Positions 14,430 to 32,169 of a DNA stretch of 64,000 nt are shown piece by piece (within the stretch, counting starts at the first letter, position 1; each line of letters begins with the position of its first letter). The position numbers and the translations under genes were made by a program. Below the pieces are notes generated by a model. The model saw only the letters and a program-made list of their open reading frames with translations, had not been told where the DNA came from and did no database searches. Source of the DNA: Octopus vulgaris (Eukaryota). The stretch spans positions 56,606,001 through 56,670,000 of the forward strand of contig OX597823.1 in NCBI GenBank assembly GCA_951406725.2, in the 5' to 3' direction.

Positions 14430-15283
14430 GCCTGTCTGCCTGCCTGCCTGTCTGTCTGTCTGTCTGTATGTATGTATGTCTGGCAAGTATTCTGCCTATA
14501 ACACATTTACGCAAACACGCACATATATAAATACACAATACGCAGGCATACATAAATACACAAGATACAGACATACAGTCAAATAGAAAGACTCACAAAC
14601 ACACACACACACACACACACATACACACACGCACACGCACACGCACATACCACAAATGCAACACAATAATAATAATACCGACACGTCTTAAGATATGGGT
14701 CAGGTAGTCTGACAGCTGCGTAGATAAGAAAAGAGAGAGAAAGCGAGGAAAAGAGAGCTGGTGATTGGTTTGGCATTGAATAAACGTTTGTATGAAATTT
14801 AAGACATCTTATTAACATCGGTTTTGAAGCAGCCCGCCCGAAGACAATATTGAATATCAGTTAGAAACGGTTTAAATCAAAGCGTTATTCATTAGAATGT
14901 TAATGCGAGTACAGACAATTAAGTCCAGATTGACATAAATATAAAGTTAATAGCACCAGCAGTAAAGTGGGTTGTTTGAAATATAACGTCACTCGACGAG
15001 TGAGAAATCTACTTATCATCTGAGAAATGATGACTTATTGTTGTTGTTGTTGTTGTTGTTGCTGTTGTTGCTGCTTAACCCTAGTTTAGTCTGATTGAGC
15101 AGGCATATCTATGATTAAAATTGTGCCGTGTATGACCATCTTGTCTTGTTTAATTGTTCCGACAAGTAGGAGAGTAATGGCGTATGATAAATTGTGGTTA
15201 GGTTGTTTGCACTCACGATCGAGATATCGTGGTTTCAATTCCTGAATCGGGCGGTGCGTTATATTCTTTGAGCAAAACACTTT

Positions 15284-15444
15284 GGATCTTTTCTTTTTGA
15301 AGGCCAGATTTTCCTAGTTAACTAAACAATTTTGCTTTCAATTTTGTTTACAATAATGTTTTCTTTTGGCACATTCTACCAGTATACGAAGTTTCAAATT
15401 TTTTAGTTAACTAGGAAAATCTGGCCTTCAAAAAGAAAAGATCC
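15284..15444. mobile_element. 161-bp MITE with perfect 43-bp TIRs, inserted in a SINE D copy
   Basis: GGATCTTTTCTTTTTGAAGGCCAGATTTTCCTAGTTAACTAAA and its reverse complement at 15402-15444; splits GAGCAAAACACTTT|...TTTCATGTTG. Confidence 0.85.
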
Positions 15445-15649
15445 CTTCGTTTCATGTTGGATACTGCTACAACGGACTGGGCGATCCTTTCGGGGATAAA
15501 TGTTGTAATCTCGGTCACTTATACCCCATGGAAACCGGCTAACCGGTTCTGTGAATCATAAGGTTCCTACTACAAGTAGGAAAATGCAGCGATTATAAAA
15601 TATTTTCTCAGTGCCTCCTACATAAGAACACGGATCTTAAAAAAGACTA

Positions 15650-15862
15650 AAAATAAATTTGGGCACTGGGTCAGTAGTTTCTGAGGTGACGGGGAAACAG
15701 ATTACATCCACCCCGCAGTACTTCCCTGGTACATATTCTATTGACCCCGGAAAGATTAAAGGCAAAGTCGACCTCGGCGGAATTTGAACTGAAAAGATAA
15801 AGACAGACGAAATATTGCTAAGCATTTTGTCCGACGCGCTAACGGTTCTGCCAACTCGCTAC
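15650..15862 (-). mobile_element. SINE family B
   Basis: GGCAAAGTCGACCTCGGCGGAATTTGAAC...GCTAACGGTTCTGCCAACTCG. Confidence 0.7.
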
Positions 15863-16434
15863 TTTACTATAATTAAATGATGTGAGACGCTTTGTCTGAT
15901 TCTGTTACGATTCTACCAATTCACGGCTTCTAGTAATAATTGTTTCTAAGAAATTTTGACTTAGTGTTGTTCTTATTGTATAACCCTAGGTCAGTCTGGA
16001 AGGAAGATATCAGGCCCAGATACTTACAACAAGTAACAGCTTTAAACCACCCAAGAATTCAGAACATGAAGAGCCCGAACTGTTACTGCAGAGTTTTTGT
16101 CCACATTGCAGCATTGATACTTTATTTTAATGATCCGGAAAAAGTGAAAAGCAAGGTTGATATCGGTGGAATTTGAAATCAGATCGCTGTATTCTTTTAT
16201 ATGTTTCAATCTTGAGGTTGCGGCCATGCTGGGGCACCACCATTGTGCTGGGGCACCACCATATATATGTATAATTGTAAGATCCAGAGGATCTGCTAGC
16301 TAGAAAACATATTTAACCTGGTTTTACCTGTTCCACTCCCTCAATATATATACCTTTTTGAACTATTAATCCCTACACATTTTCCCCTCTATCCATGTTT
16401 TTATATATCTCTCTCCATTTTCCCCCTCTCAATC

Positions 16435-16470
16435 CTTTCTATTGATGAGCGTAGGCACGAAACGTCAAAG
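16435..16470 (+). ncRNA. Degenerate minimal hammerhead ribozyme motif in a Penelope-like terminal fragment (about 16270-16560)
   Basis: CTTT-CTATTGAT-GAGC GTAG GCAC-GAAA-CGT-C-AAAG; homologous to 27009-27044 including downstream flank. Confidence 0.5.
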
Positions 16471-16614
16471 ACTTTTCCATTCTTCCCGAGCGTTACACTA
16501 ATACCCTTATTTGTTGTTCTTTCACTCGTCTTCGTATTTTGCTTTCCGTAAATTTGAACTATATATAAATACATACATACATACATACATACATACATAC
16601 ATACATACATACAT

Positions 16615-16666
<52 letters not shown>

Positions 16667-16669
16667 GCA

Positions 16670-17080
16670 TACGAAGTGCATCCCAAAAGTATCCGACTTT
16701 AGTTTTCCTCGCCAAAACTAATGCCGCGCGGCTTAAATCATTTGGGAGGGGTTTGGCGCCAATCCTTTTGCCCAAGCGTGAAAATTTTCGCACCGGTAGA
16801 CCGCGTCAGATACCGGCTGTTACACTTAGAGTTTAGACACAGTGTGCATTCGTGGGATTATCATTTTCATCGAACACATCGAACAAATATTGCATCAAGT
16901 TTTGCCAAAAGCTTAGTGATACTCAAGCTCAAACCACCTAGAAGATTCAGCAGGCCTCTGGCAATGATGCCATGAGCAAAACTTACATCAAGGAGCGGTA
17001 CAACAGCTTCAAAAATGGCCACAACTCAGTGGAGAGTGAGGCACACCTAGGCGTGCCACCCTCATGCCGAAGTGAGGGGA
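16670..17080 (+). mobile_element. Mariner transposon 5' fragment (TIR plus decayed HTH domain)
   Basis: TACGAAGTGCATCCCAAAAGTATCCGAC TIR-like start; translation KFCQKLSDTQAQTT*KIQQASGNDAMSKTYIKERYNSFKNGHNSVESEAHLGVP matches the mariner N-terminal HTH. Confidence 0.75.
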
Positions 17081-17139
17081 CGATTTTATATTATATATAT
17101 GTACGGAAGTATGCATGGAAGTATATATATAAAAAAAAA

Positions 17140-17490
17140 AAAGGAACAAAGTTCCTTCCCGGGCCATTGGCTGAAAGAGCCGGTGTCCCGGATTCTGCGG
17201 AGTATATATATTTCCCCTGGGACGGTACGCCAGCCCGTTGCAGGATTAAGTTATTTTTGCATACTGCATGGTCTGGAGCGATATGAAATAAAGTGCTTTG
17301 CTCAAGATCACAACGCGTAACGCGGCCCACCTAACCATTAAGCCTCGCGTCTCCACAGTATATACACACACATATATATATATATATTGTTGTTGTTTGT
17401 ACCTTCTCCAGCCATGCGTTGCTCAGAAGGGCCTGTTTCCCGGTTTCATTGGCATATAGGTTCCCCACCTGGATGGGACGCCGGTCCGTC
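17140..17490 (-). mobile_element. SINE D-related copy plus a second tail fragment
   Basis: Minus head TGGAGACGCGAGGCTTAATGGTTAGG and body GATCTTGAGCAAAGCACTTTATTTCATATCGCTCCAG. Confidence 0.55.
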
Positions 17491-17524
<34 letters not shown>

Positions 17525-17973
17525 GCATATATACATATATATATATTGAGAGTGAAAGAGAGAGGGAGAGAGAGAGAGAGAACAATGCTGATAGAGAAAG
17601 AGAGAGAGAGAACGATGTTGAATGAGAAAACCTTTATTCAAAATGATTCCAACCGCAAGTAGCACAACTTAGTATACAAATAGTATATCTACAACATCAT
17701 TCTACAAAGCAAGCTTTCATTTTTTGAAAACAGTAAGCTGTTATTCAAAGAAGATATTGCTTCTATTTCTAGCAGGTCAAGCGACCACGTTGAAATGACT
17801 TACCTGCTTGAAAAGTCTCGTGAGACACCAGTTTCACATTCTGAATTTATAGAAATCCAACGTCAAGGCACTTCAACAAAGTTCAGATTTTTCGTCCCTT
17901 AGTCTCAGCAGCTGCAACACAGATCGGATTTTATGATCTACCATATAATGGCGCCTTCCTTTCTTCGCCATTA

Positions 17974-23240
<5,267 letters not shown>

Positions 23241-23640
23241 AGACATCAAAACACCGCCAGAAAAACAAACAAAACACGAATAACAATAACATTATATAAA
23301 CAAAGCAGACAGTAGCAAAACAAGAACTCTTCTATCGTGATGTTGATGATGACGACGGCGATAATGATGATGATGATGATGTTCATCATCATCAGCAGCA
23401 GCATCATTGTCATCATTATCACAGAAGGATTGAATTTACCTAGGAAGATTTCAAATTTTGTGACAATTTAACCGAACATCGACACCTCTTGTCTTATGAC
23501 TTAGTTCGCGACGGCTTGCTTATATTTAAGATAAATTTAATATGTCTGTGTCACATTCCGGTTGACAACGGTTCCACTTCATTTTCTACGGGATTAACTA
23601 GTGTTAGAAACACGGTATGTTTCTTATTAAATAACACATT

Positions 23641-23671
<31 letters not shown>

Positions 23672-23808
23672 GCTTTCGGTGCGAATGGTCTTTATATACG
23701 GCGCCGAGTTTACAATCCAGTAAATATTTTATATAAGCTGAAAGCTTATTGCAATCACTGTGCAATGACTAAGGAAGATAGTCGAATATACATACATACA
23801 TACATACA

Positions 23809-23873
<65 letters not shown>

Positions 23874-23886
23874 TTTTTAACAAGAG

Positions 23887-23924
23887 CTGTCCGATGAACA
23901 GGAACGTGAAACTCCGAGTAACAG
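23887..23924 (+). ncRNA. Minimal type-I hammerhead ribozyme motif (U4C core variant) in a Penelope-like fragment (23880-24030)
   Basis: CTGT-CCGATGA-AC AGGAAC GT-GAAA-CTCCGAG-T-A-ACAG; AATAAA downstream; ends in (TA)n. Confidence 0.7.
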
Positions 23925-24051
23925 GTTTTGTTGAATTTCTGCTGCTTTTAAATAAAGCATATTACTCTACCCTTGGTATTTGAGTACTCTTTTTTCCACC
24001 TTGTTTCACATTTATGTGTTTACTCCGGTATATATATATATATATATACAT

Positions 24052-24281
24052 GTAAGAAGATTCGAGCGAGGTCATTGCCAGTACTGCCTGACTGGCCCCC
24101 GTGCCGGTGGCACGTAAAAAGCACCCACTACACTCTCAGAGTGGTTGGCGTTAGGAAGGGCATCCAGCTGTAGGAACTCTACCAGATCAAGATTGGAGCC
24201 TGGTGCAGCCATCTGGTTGGCCAGCCCTCAGTCAAAATCGTCCAACCCATGCTAGCATGGAAAGCGGAGGTTAAACGATGA

Positions 24282-24284
<3 letters not shown>
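24052..24284 (+). mobile_element. SINE 3' part with RTE-like segments and (GAT)n tail
   Basis: CCGTGCCGGTGGCACGTAAAAAGCACC; GGTTGGCGTTAGGAAGGGCATCCAGC; GCATGGAAAGCGGAGGTTAAACGATGATGAT. Confidence 0.65.
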
Positions 24285-24361
<77 letters not shown>

Positions 24362-24503
24362 CGACATTTAGTCCGTCTTTAAGTTCAGAGTTCAAATTCA
24401 GTCGAGGTTGACTTTGCGTTTCATCCTTTCGGGGTCGATAAAATAAGTACCAGTTGAACACTGGGCTCGATATAATTGCTGTCCTTGTGCTAAAACTGAA
24501 ATC

Positions 24504-26182
24504 TATACCGAGGCAGTTACAATGGAATACATTGACATTAGCGAAGAAGATATACTACTAGCCATAGATGAAGTGGACACAACCTCAACTGCTAGTCCTG
24601 ATGGTTTCCCAGCAATCCTCCTCAAATCATGTAAGCATGCCCTGGCAAAACCCCTCCAGATTCTCTTCCAGAGCTTTCCTGCAAATGGCAAACTGGCAAG
24701 CAAGCTGAAGGAGGGAATAATATGCCCAATCCATAAAGGGGGAAGCAGAGCAGATGCCAAAAACTATAGGCCTATCTCTCTGACTTCACACATCAGCAAA
24801 GTCATGGAACGGATAGTCAGAATGAAACTAATCGCATTCCTTGAGGCTTTCGACCAGGTAGGAACTGCCTGACCCAGCTCTTACAACATTATGACTGGGT
24901 GTTGAGGCAGTTACTCAACAAATCAAACGTGGACGTAATATACTTTGATTTTGCAAAAGCTTTTGATAAGGTGGATCATGATATGATATGCCACAAACTG
25001 CATGATTTTGGAACAGCTGGAAAACTTGGAGAGTGGTTACATGACTTCCTAAAATATAGGAGTCAGGCAGTAGTGGCTAATGAAGCCACGTCTATGAACA
25101 CACAAATAGCGAGCGGTGTTCCACAGGGCACTGTCTTGGGACCACTGCCTTTTATAGTGCCGTCTCAGATATGACCTCAAGTGCCTGGATAGCCATCCTT
25201 GCAAGCTATGCAGATGATACGAAAGTCTCGCAGAAAATACAGAACCCCAGCGATGTTGCACACCTGCAGCAGGAGCTGGACGCAATTTACAGATGGGCTG
25301 AGGATAATATGCAGTTTAATGCTGAAAAATTCCAGGCCCTCCGCTACCAGCATCCAAAACTGAATATGAAACTTACAGGGTACACTGGTCCACAGGGAAC
25401 TTTAATCCCAGAACCTGAAGCAGTGAGGGACCTGGGTATCGACATGAGTGATGATACCTCTTTCCAAGTGCACATTACCAGGTTGCCGACAAAGTGCAGA
25501 CGACTGGCTGGCTGGATCCTAAGAAAATTCAAAGCCAGAGATAAGGAAACCATGATGGCCCTCTGGCGGACATTCGTCCTCAGCCGCCTGGATTTCTGCT
25601 CACAGATATGGTCACTCAAAAGTGTGAAATTAACAGCGGATCTTGAAAGCAATCCAGAGAAGATTCACAAAGAAGATCGTCTCTTTGCAACAGCTCAGCT
25701 ACTGGGAAAGGTTGAAACAGCTAAGACTCTACTCCCCGGAGAGAAGATGGGAGAGGTATGCAGTAATATATATCTGGAAGATCCTGGAAGGAATTGTGCC
25801 AAATTTTGATATTGAAAGCTACACCAATACCGGAATAGGATGACACTGCATAGCGCCAAAGATCCCAGCAACGCCATCGCCCTTCAGAACCAGTTACTGC
25901 AACAGCCTGGGTTTCAAGGGACCACAGCTTTTTAATATTCTCCCAAAGAGCCTGAGGAACCATGCACAAAGTGGATGTAGGGGTTTTAAATCAAAAGCTG
26001 GACCTCTTCCTGTCGAGAGTCCCAGATGAACCTACCTCACGGCAAGAGGTGAAAATGAGGGTAGCTACATCAAACTCCATTCTTCACCAAGTGCCACATA
26101 TTAGAGGAGGCTCTCAGTAATAACAGTGTAGTAAAACGGCGGTGCATCAGCATGGCCGCAGCTCTGAGCTAAAACTTGAGAG

Positions 26183-26185
<3 letters not shown>
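24504..26185 (+). pseudogene. 5'-truncated CR1-group LINE: reverse transcriptase ORF2 with frameshifts plus 3' UTR
   Basis: SPDGFP, PIHKGG, NYRPISLTS, VDVIYFDFAKAFDKVDH, SGVPQGTVLGP, YADD, VRDLGI, RLKQLRLYS(P)ERR across ORFs 24522-25843; short deletion before FRPGRNC. Confidence 0.92.
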
Positions 26186-26271
<86 letters not shown>

Positions 26272-26294
26272 GTAAGTATGTATGTATGTATGTG

Positions 26295-26332
<38 letters not shown>

Positions 26333-27008
26333 TATATCTGTATATATATATATATATATATACACACGTATATAAATGTATATATATATATACGTATTTA
26401 TATATATATACATATATACATATGTATACATTAGAAGATATGTTGAATTGTATACGTTAGAAGATATGTTGAATTGTCTGAGATAAAATGTTTATATACG
26501 GTAATAGTGACTGCACTCGCTCACATACATACACACACAATACTCATGCACACTATAGCGTCACATACACTATAGCACACGCTTCATGCACAAACATACA
26601 CACGTACGTACACTACTCGCACACGCACTCATTAGCTGTTACGCACATGCGTTTACAAACACATGCACAGACACACACATACTAAATATAGTATCATACA
26701 CATACACCATATACAGACTCTCATATTCCCGCAGTTATACGCACACACACACTTAAATACACGGAACGCATCATTGCTCACAGCGCACGTACTGGTTTAC
26801 TTAAGCACATGCGCAGAGACGCTCCCATACGCTCACACAGGCTCACATAATCTTATGCTCTCCCCACGCATATATACTCATATGCACTACTCTCACGTAC
26901 ACCCTTCCATTGGCCTCTTTTTTCCGCTCGTCTAAACATATGAAGCCGTTAATCCCGACACATTTTTCACTCCTTTATTTTTCTCCCTTCATTTCCCCCT
27001 GCTCATCC

Positions 27009-27044
27009 CTTTCTGTCGAAGAGCGCCGGCTCGAAACGTCAAAG
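27009..27044 (+). ncRNA. Minimal hammerhead-like motif (core CUGUCGA plus extra A) in a Penelope-like fragment (about 26880-27130)
   Basis: CTTT-CTGTCGAA-GAGC GCCG GCTC-GAAA-CGT-C-AAAG; palindromic ACGT helix III; GUC site. Confidence 0.6.
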
Positions 27045-27127
27045 AAGTTTTCATTCTTCCCGAGCGTTAAACTAGGACACCTGCTTGTTGTTCCGTCACC
27101 TGTTTCAGTCTTTTTTCACTTGGACCC

Positions 27128-27159
<32 letters not shown>

Positions 27160-27447
27160 CAGGTATAAGTTAGAGGTGTTTAAAGCCTCCAAGGGATAGA
27201 TGTATCCAAAGGCACTCCTGGTAATTACCTCAGTAAGTTTAGTCCTTGGTATAAGGTATACGGCAGCAGGTAATTTAACAGGCAAACCGTAATTTAATTT
27301 ATATAGACGATAAGAAAATGGAGGAAAAATAAAGATAAGAAGTGTGTCTTTTGCGCTAGGAAACCATTATTTAATTAGTTTAATTAGTTTTCCTAGCGCT
27401 AAAGACACTTCTTATTGTTATTTTTCCTCCATTTTGATTTTCTTATC

Positions 27448-27526
<79 letters not shown>

Positions 27527-27529
27527 AAT

Positions 27530-28100
27530 GTAACATATTGTTCAATTGAGCTGCAACATGGCATGCGCAAAACATGCATATGGCATGAAACATTACCACT
27601 TGACTCCTAGGAGATGTCTGAGGCATTTTTTATGAAATCTCTCCAGCATTTTTATATGACACTTGTAAGTGGTCCATGTCTCACTTGAATAAAGAAGTGC
27701 AGACAATACTCATGCTTTATAGACACTGATTTTTGTCTGCAGGGAAATACCTCTCTCCGCCTATACTCGTTTTTCGAGCTTTCCAAATGCAACACTTTCC
27801 TTCCCTATTCGATAGTATATCTCTGCATCAAGACTACAATCTCTTGACAGTGTGCTTCAAAGGTAAACAAAGGTGTCAACGACTTCTAACCTTGTTTCTT
27901 TCACGAAAATGTTTGGTTCAAAATATGTTTGTTCTGGCATGGGAGTAAACTTTACTTTGGTTTTCCTCAAACTAACTGTGAGTCCGAAATGTACACATGC
28001 AGTGGAAAATCTTACTATTAAATGTTGCATATCCCTCTGTGAGTGTGCCAATAGATCAGCATCATCAGCTTAAAGTAATTCTCTAACAAGTCTTTTGAAA
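27530..28100 (-). pseudogene. RTE-clade LINE RT fragment (inverted arm)
   Basis: L*ADDADLLAHSQRDMQHLIVRFSTACVHFGLTVSLRKTKV...LEVVDTFVYL...ETWTTYK. Confidence 0.85.
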
Positions 28101-28976
28101 CTCTTATTCAAATGAGACATGGACCACTTACAAGAGTTACATAAAGATGCTGGAGAGTTTTCATCAAAAGTGCCTCAGATATATCTTAGGCTTCAAGTGG
28201 GAATGTTTCATACCATATACAGAGGTTTGCACATGCCACGTTGCAGTTCAATTGAACAATATGTTATCTAGGCTCAAATGAGATGGACTGGAGATGTTAT
28301 TAGAATGAAAGATGAGCGTTTGCCAAAGCGTCGTTTTTATGGTAAGCGACCACAACATAAGCCGAGGAAAAGGTATAAAAACTGTGAGAAGGAAAACTTG
28401 AAGGAACTAGATATAAACAAAACTGGTTGAGAAAATGATGCTCTTGATCGGAACAAGTGAAGAGGTGCCAGGAGGACTGGTTGCAATGCCTTGGAGGAAA
28501 ATATGATTCAGCACTCTGAACTTAAAAGGGCCTGTCGCAAAGAAACAATTAGAACTGTAAACAACAGTGAACGTTGGATATATATTTTATGTGACCGTGT
28601 TCTGTTGTCAAAAGCAGGGTACGTGAACCATATGAAGTCACATGAAAATCGTAATGCCAAGATAGGTAATGATTTTGGACACCAGTCACCTCTTACGACT
28701 TGTGTCATATGTCAAAAAACTTGTAAGACAATATCTGGACTTAAAAGACACATGCTAGTTCACAAAAGCATTCCTTCAGAATCAGATTCCAAAGAGCTAA
28801 GATATTGAAGAAACTTGAGTAATATCTGTCACTTGTGTTTCAAACCCTGTCAGTCAGAAGCTGGTCTTATAACTCATCTAATGGCTCATCAACAGAGTGA
28901 TTATACTGTGTGATGGGGTGTGGTGTGTGTGTTGATGGGACGGCTATAATCTACTATGATAGAGCAATCATCAATT

Positions 28977-28980
<4 letters not shown>
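28101..28980 (+). pseudogene. RTE-clade LINE 3' part with three C-terminal C2H2 zinc fingers
   Basis: ETWTTYKSYIKMLESFHQKCLRYIL, QMRWTGDVIRMKDERLPK; YILC..GYVNHMKSH, CVIC..GLKRHMLVH, CHLC..GLITHLMAH; short (ATC)n-like tail. Confidence 0.85.
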
Positions 28981-29032
<52 letters not shown>

Positions 29033-29206
29033 TAAGAAAGTTTGTTTGGTAAAGCACGTGGGTGAATATATAAGAAAATAGTAAAGTGTGAAAAAACGAC
29101 AGAAGGCTTAAATGTTAAAAAATATATATATTTGTGTCAAAATGTCTGGAGAATATTGGAAAAATTTTTTTCCTTTCCTTAAAATGACATAATTTAAAAA
29201 TTTTTA

Positions 29207-29246
29207 AAGAAATTACCGGTTTCGCGTGTAGCTTTTCAAATTTCTT
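29207..29246 (-). ncRNA. Minimal hammerhead ribozyme, U3-A8 compensatory core
   Basis: Reverse complement of 29356-29395. Confidence 0.75.
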
Positions 29247-29355
29247 GTGACGTTATGTTTATATTGCATGGAATTATCGTTGTTTTTATTTCCAGGAGAT
29301 TTCTAAATAAGGGGAGGTAGTGAGTGATTTTTTCCGGTGTAGGGGAGATAATCAC

Positions 29356-29395
29356 AAGAAATTTGAAAAGCTACACGCGAAACCGGTAATTTCTT
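29356..29395 (+). ncRNA. Minimal hammerhead ribozyme, U3-A8 compensatory core
   Basis: AAGAAAT-TTGAAAA-GC TACAC GC-GAAA-CCGG-T-A-ATTTCTT: 7-bp helix I, palindromic ACCGGT helix III, GUA site. Confidence 0.75.
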
Positions 29396-29527
29396 TAAAA
29401 ATTTTTAAATTATGTCATTTTAAGGAAAGGAAAAAAATTTTTCCAATATTCTCCAGACATTTTGACACAAATATATATATTTTTTAACATTTAAGCCTTC
29501 TGTCGTTTTTTCACACTTTACTATTTT

Positions 29528-29575
<48 letters not shown>

Positions 29576-29649
29576 TAATATATAAATATATGCATATATA
29601 CATACATATATGTACATTCCTACATCTATGTGTGTATATACATGCATAT

Positions 29650-30365
29650 ATGGGTACAGGACATCAAAAAACGTTGAACACAATGAGAAACGAAAACATA
29701 GAAACGAACTTTTTTCAAACAACGAAAAAAACAGAGTACAAGACATACAACACAAGGAATATTTTCCTTCTTCAGTTGTCCCTGTTTCATCTACTCAGTG
29801 TTTCGAATAGAGAAAGGTGGAGAGAAAAACCGGAAAGAATGAAGAACAAGAGAGGGAAAGAGATAGACAGAGAAGAAATAGTAAAGGAGAAGAGTGCGCA
29901 TCCCCACCTATCCTTATTCTTGTCCTCTCCCCTTCACCGTTCCCTCTCTCTTACTCCTCCTCATCCCCCTCCTCCTCGACTCTTTCGTCACTGACACGTG
30001 ATCAGAGTGAAGCCATCTTTCCAACTGCTATCTTCACCAAGACCAGACCAGCTTATCCTGTCTCTTTCATAAGCTGTCTCCTTAAGCGTTCAGAATAATT
30101 TTTTCATCGTCTTGGCTTAACAGCCCTCATCGTTTGTTTTTACTGATTTGTTCTCATTGTTCTGTCTTTTACTGTTTTTACTTTTTTATTGTTTTTACTG
30201 TTTTGTTCTTACTGTCCTGTTTTTGAAACTTTTTACCCTCCGCAAATAATCCCAAATTTTATTCAATTTGCTATGCGGGAAGGATTTTTTCAATGAAGTC
30301 GCGTCCTGTCCTTACCTTCGAACACGGAGTAGATGAAACAAGGACAACTGAAGAAGGGGAATATC
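29650..30365. mobile_element. Probable Penelope-like terminal fragments in inverted orientation
   Basis: About 50-bp diverged inverted repeat (29758-29807 versus 30317-30364); purine/pyrimidine strand asymmetry flips in the middle. Confidence 0.45.
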
Positions 30366-30989
30366 ATAGTCTAGTACTTGTTCTATCGGTTTCTTTTGCT
30401 GAATCGCTATGCCACAGATGCTTAACTCCTTGTTGGGTCGTGGAATCGCCGTCGTAACAAATAGCATGTCATGGACATTTGTGACCTGTAGCAGTTTATC
30501 TCTTTCCAGGTTTGACCTCATTCAATTTCTTCCAAAAAGGGAGAAAGAGACAGAAATAAATAAATAAATAAATAAGACGAATCGACTCTAGTACAGCACT
30601 GTTACTTTATTAATAACAGAGGGATGAAAGACAATGTTGATGATAGTGAGTTATGAACTCAGAGAGCAGTGAACCGGAATTTTTACAGGGAAGCGATCTA
30701 TCCGACGCCGCCAATTGGCCGCCTACTCGCATACAGGTGTGTATATCTGTGTATGTGTATTTGGACATATATTTGCGTATGTGTATATACACACATACAC
30801 GCGCATACACACATCTATAATACACTCAGGTGTATATATACGCATACACATACACATACAGCGTATGTGTATGCGTGTGCGCATATACACGCACATATAT
30901 ATATGCATTGATTTACGTATAAGCAAATATACATAATAATTGTCTTCATACATACATATATGCACACACATATATATATATTTGCACGC

Positions 30990-31100
<111 letters not shown>

Positions 31101-31682
31101 TATATATGAGTCTTTAAGTAAAATACACATACACATACACACGCATATTCATACATACACAATCACTCACACACACATACAAACACAAACACGCACACAT
31201 ATATACATGTATACACACATATACGAATACTCAATGGTATACACACACAAAAACATACACACAAACAGACCGTACTCGGATGGACCCGCATAAATATATA
31301 TAAACAGCGCGGCGTTGCATACTTCATTGGTTTCTCTCGTATTATTTCACTGATATTTTATAAAATTACATTTATGATGCTTTCATTTGGCAAAAGTTAA
31401 CATTACAGTTGGCAATTTATAAGAAACCGCAAACTTTCCCTACCCGATTCAGTCCTCCTCACCACGTAAGGGCGCGCACGCACATCCACACAGGCATACA
31501 CACGGACTCGCACACAAACACACGCACACGTACACGCACACGCATGCATGCATGCACACGAACTCGCGCACACATACACTCATTCATACGCATGTACACG
31601 CACATACATATATATTGATTTACGTATATGCAAATATATATATATAATAATTGTCTTCATACATACATATATGCACACATAT

Positions 31683-31747
<65 letters not shown>

Positions 31748-31757
31748 CACACACACT

Positions 31758-31814
<57 letters not shown>

Positions 31815-31842
31815 ATACATACATATATACATATATATATAC

Positions 31843-31918
<76 letters not shown>

Positions 31919-32169
31919 ATGCAAATATACGCATATACATTGTATATACAAATTAGATTTATGAGTTTGCATCTTCGCATGGCTGCATCCGTTTTCAGAG
32001 CGAGACAGACAGACAGACTATATCTGCGTTATATGGCAATAAAGATAACTACACACATAAGAAGTTTTCCTTAAACACCAAAGTCGTGACTTTCGCTTGT
32101 TCCCTTAACACTTTGCATTGTCGCTAGTGTTCAGCGCTTGGTCGTTCCGCATTAAGCATACCTATAATA

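Larger units (their letters stand above)
29066..29536. repeat. Inverted duplication, 185-bp arms (29066-29250 / 29352-29536) with a 101-bp spacer; Penelope-like terminal structure
   Basis: No mismatch seen between arms by eye; each arm carries a hammerhead motif; (TA)n on both sides. Confidence 0.9.

Noticed and set aside
28491-28808. Stand-alone C2H2 zinc-finger gene
   Set aside because: Continuous with a decayed RTE ORF; no TGEKP linkers
30280-30365. Possible hammerhead around CGAACACGGAGTAGATGA / CTGAAGAAGG
   Set aside because: Could not assemble the core and helices in a valid order
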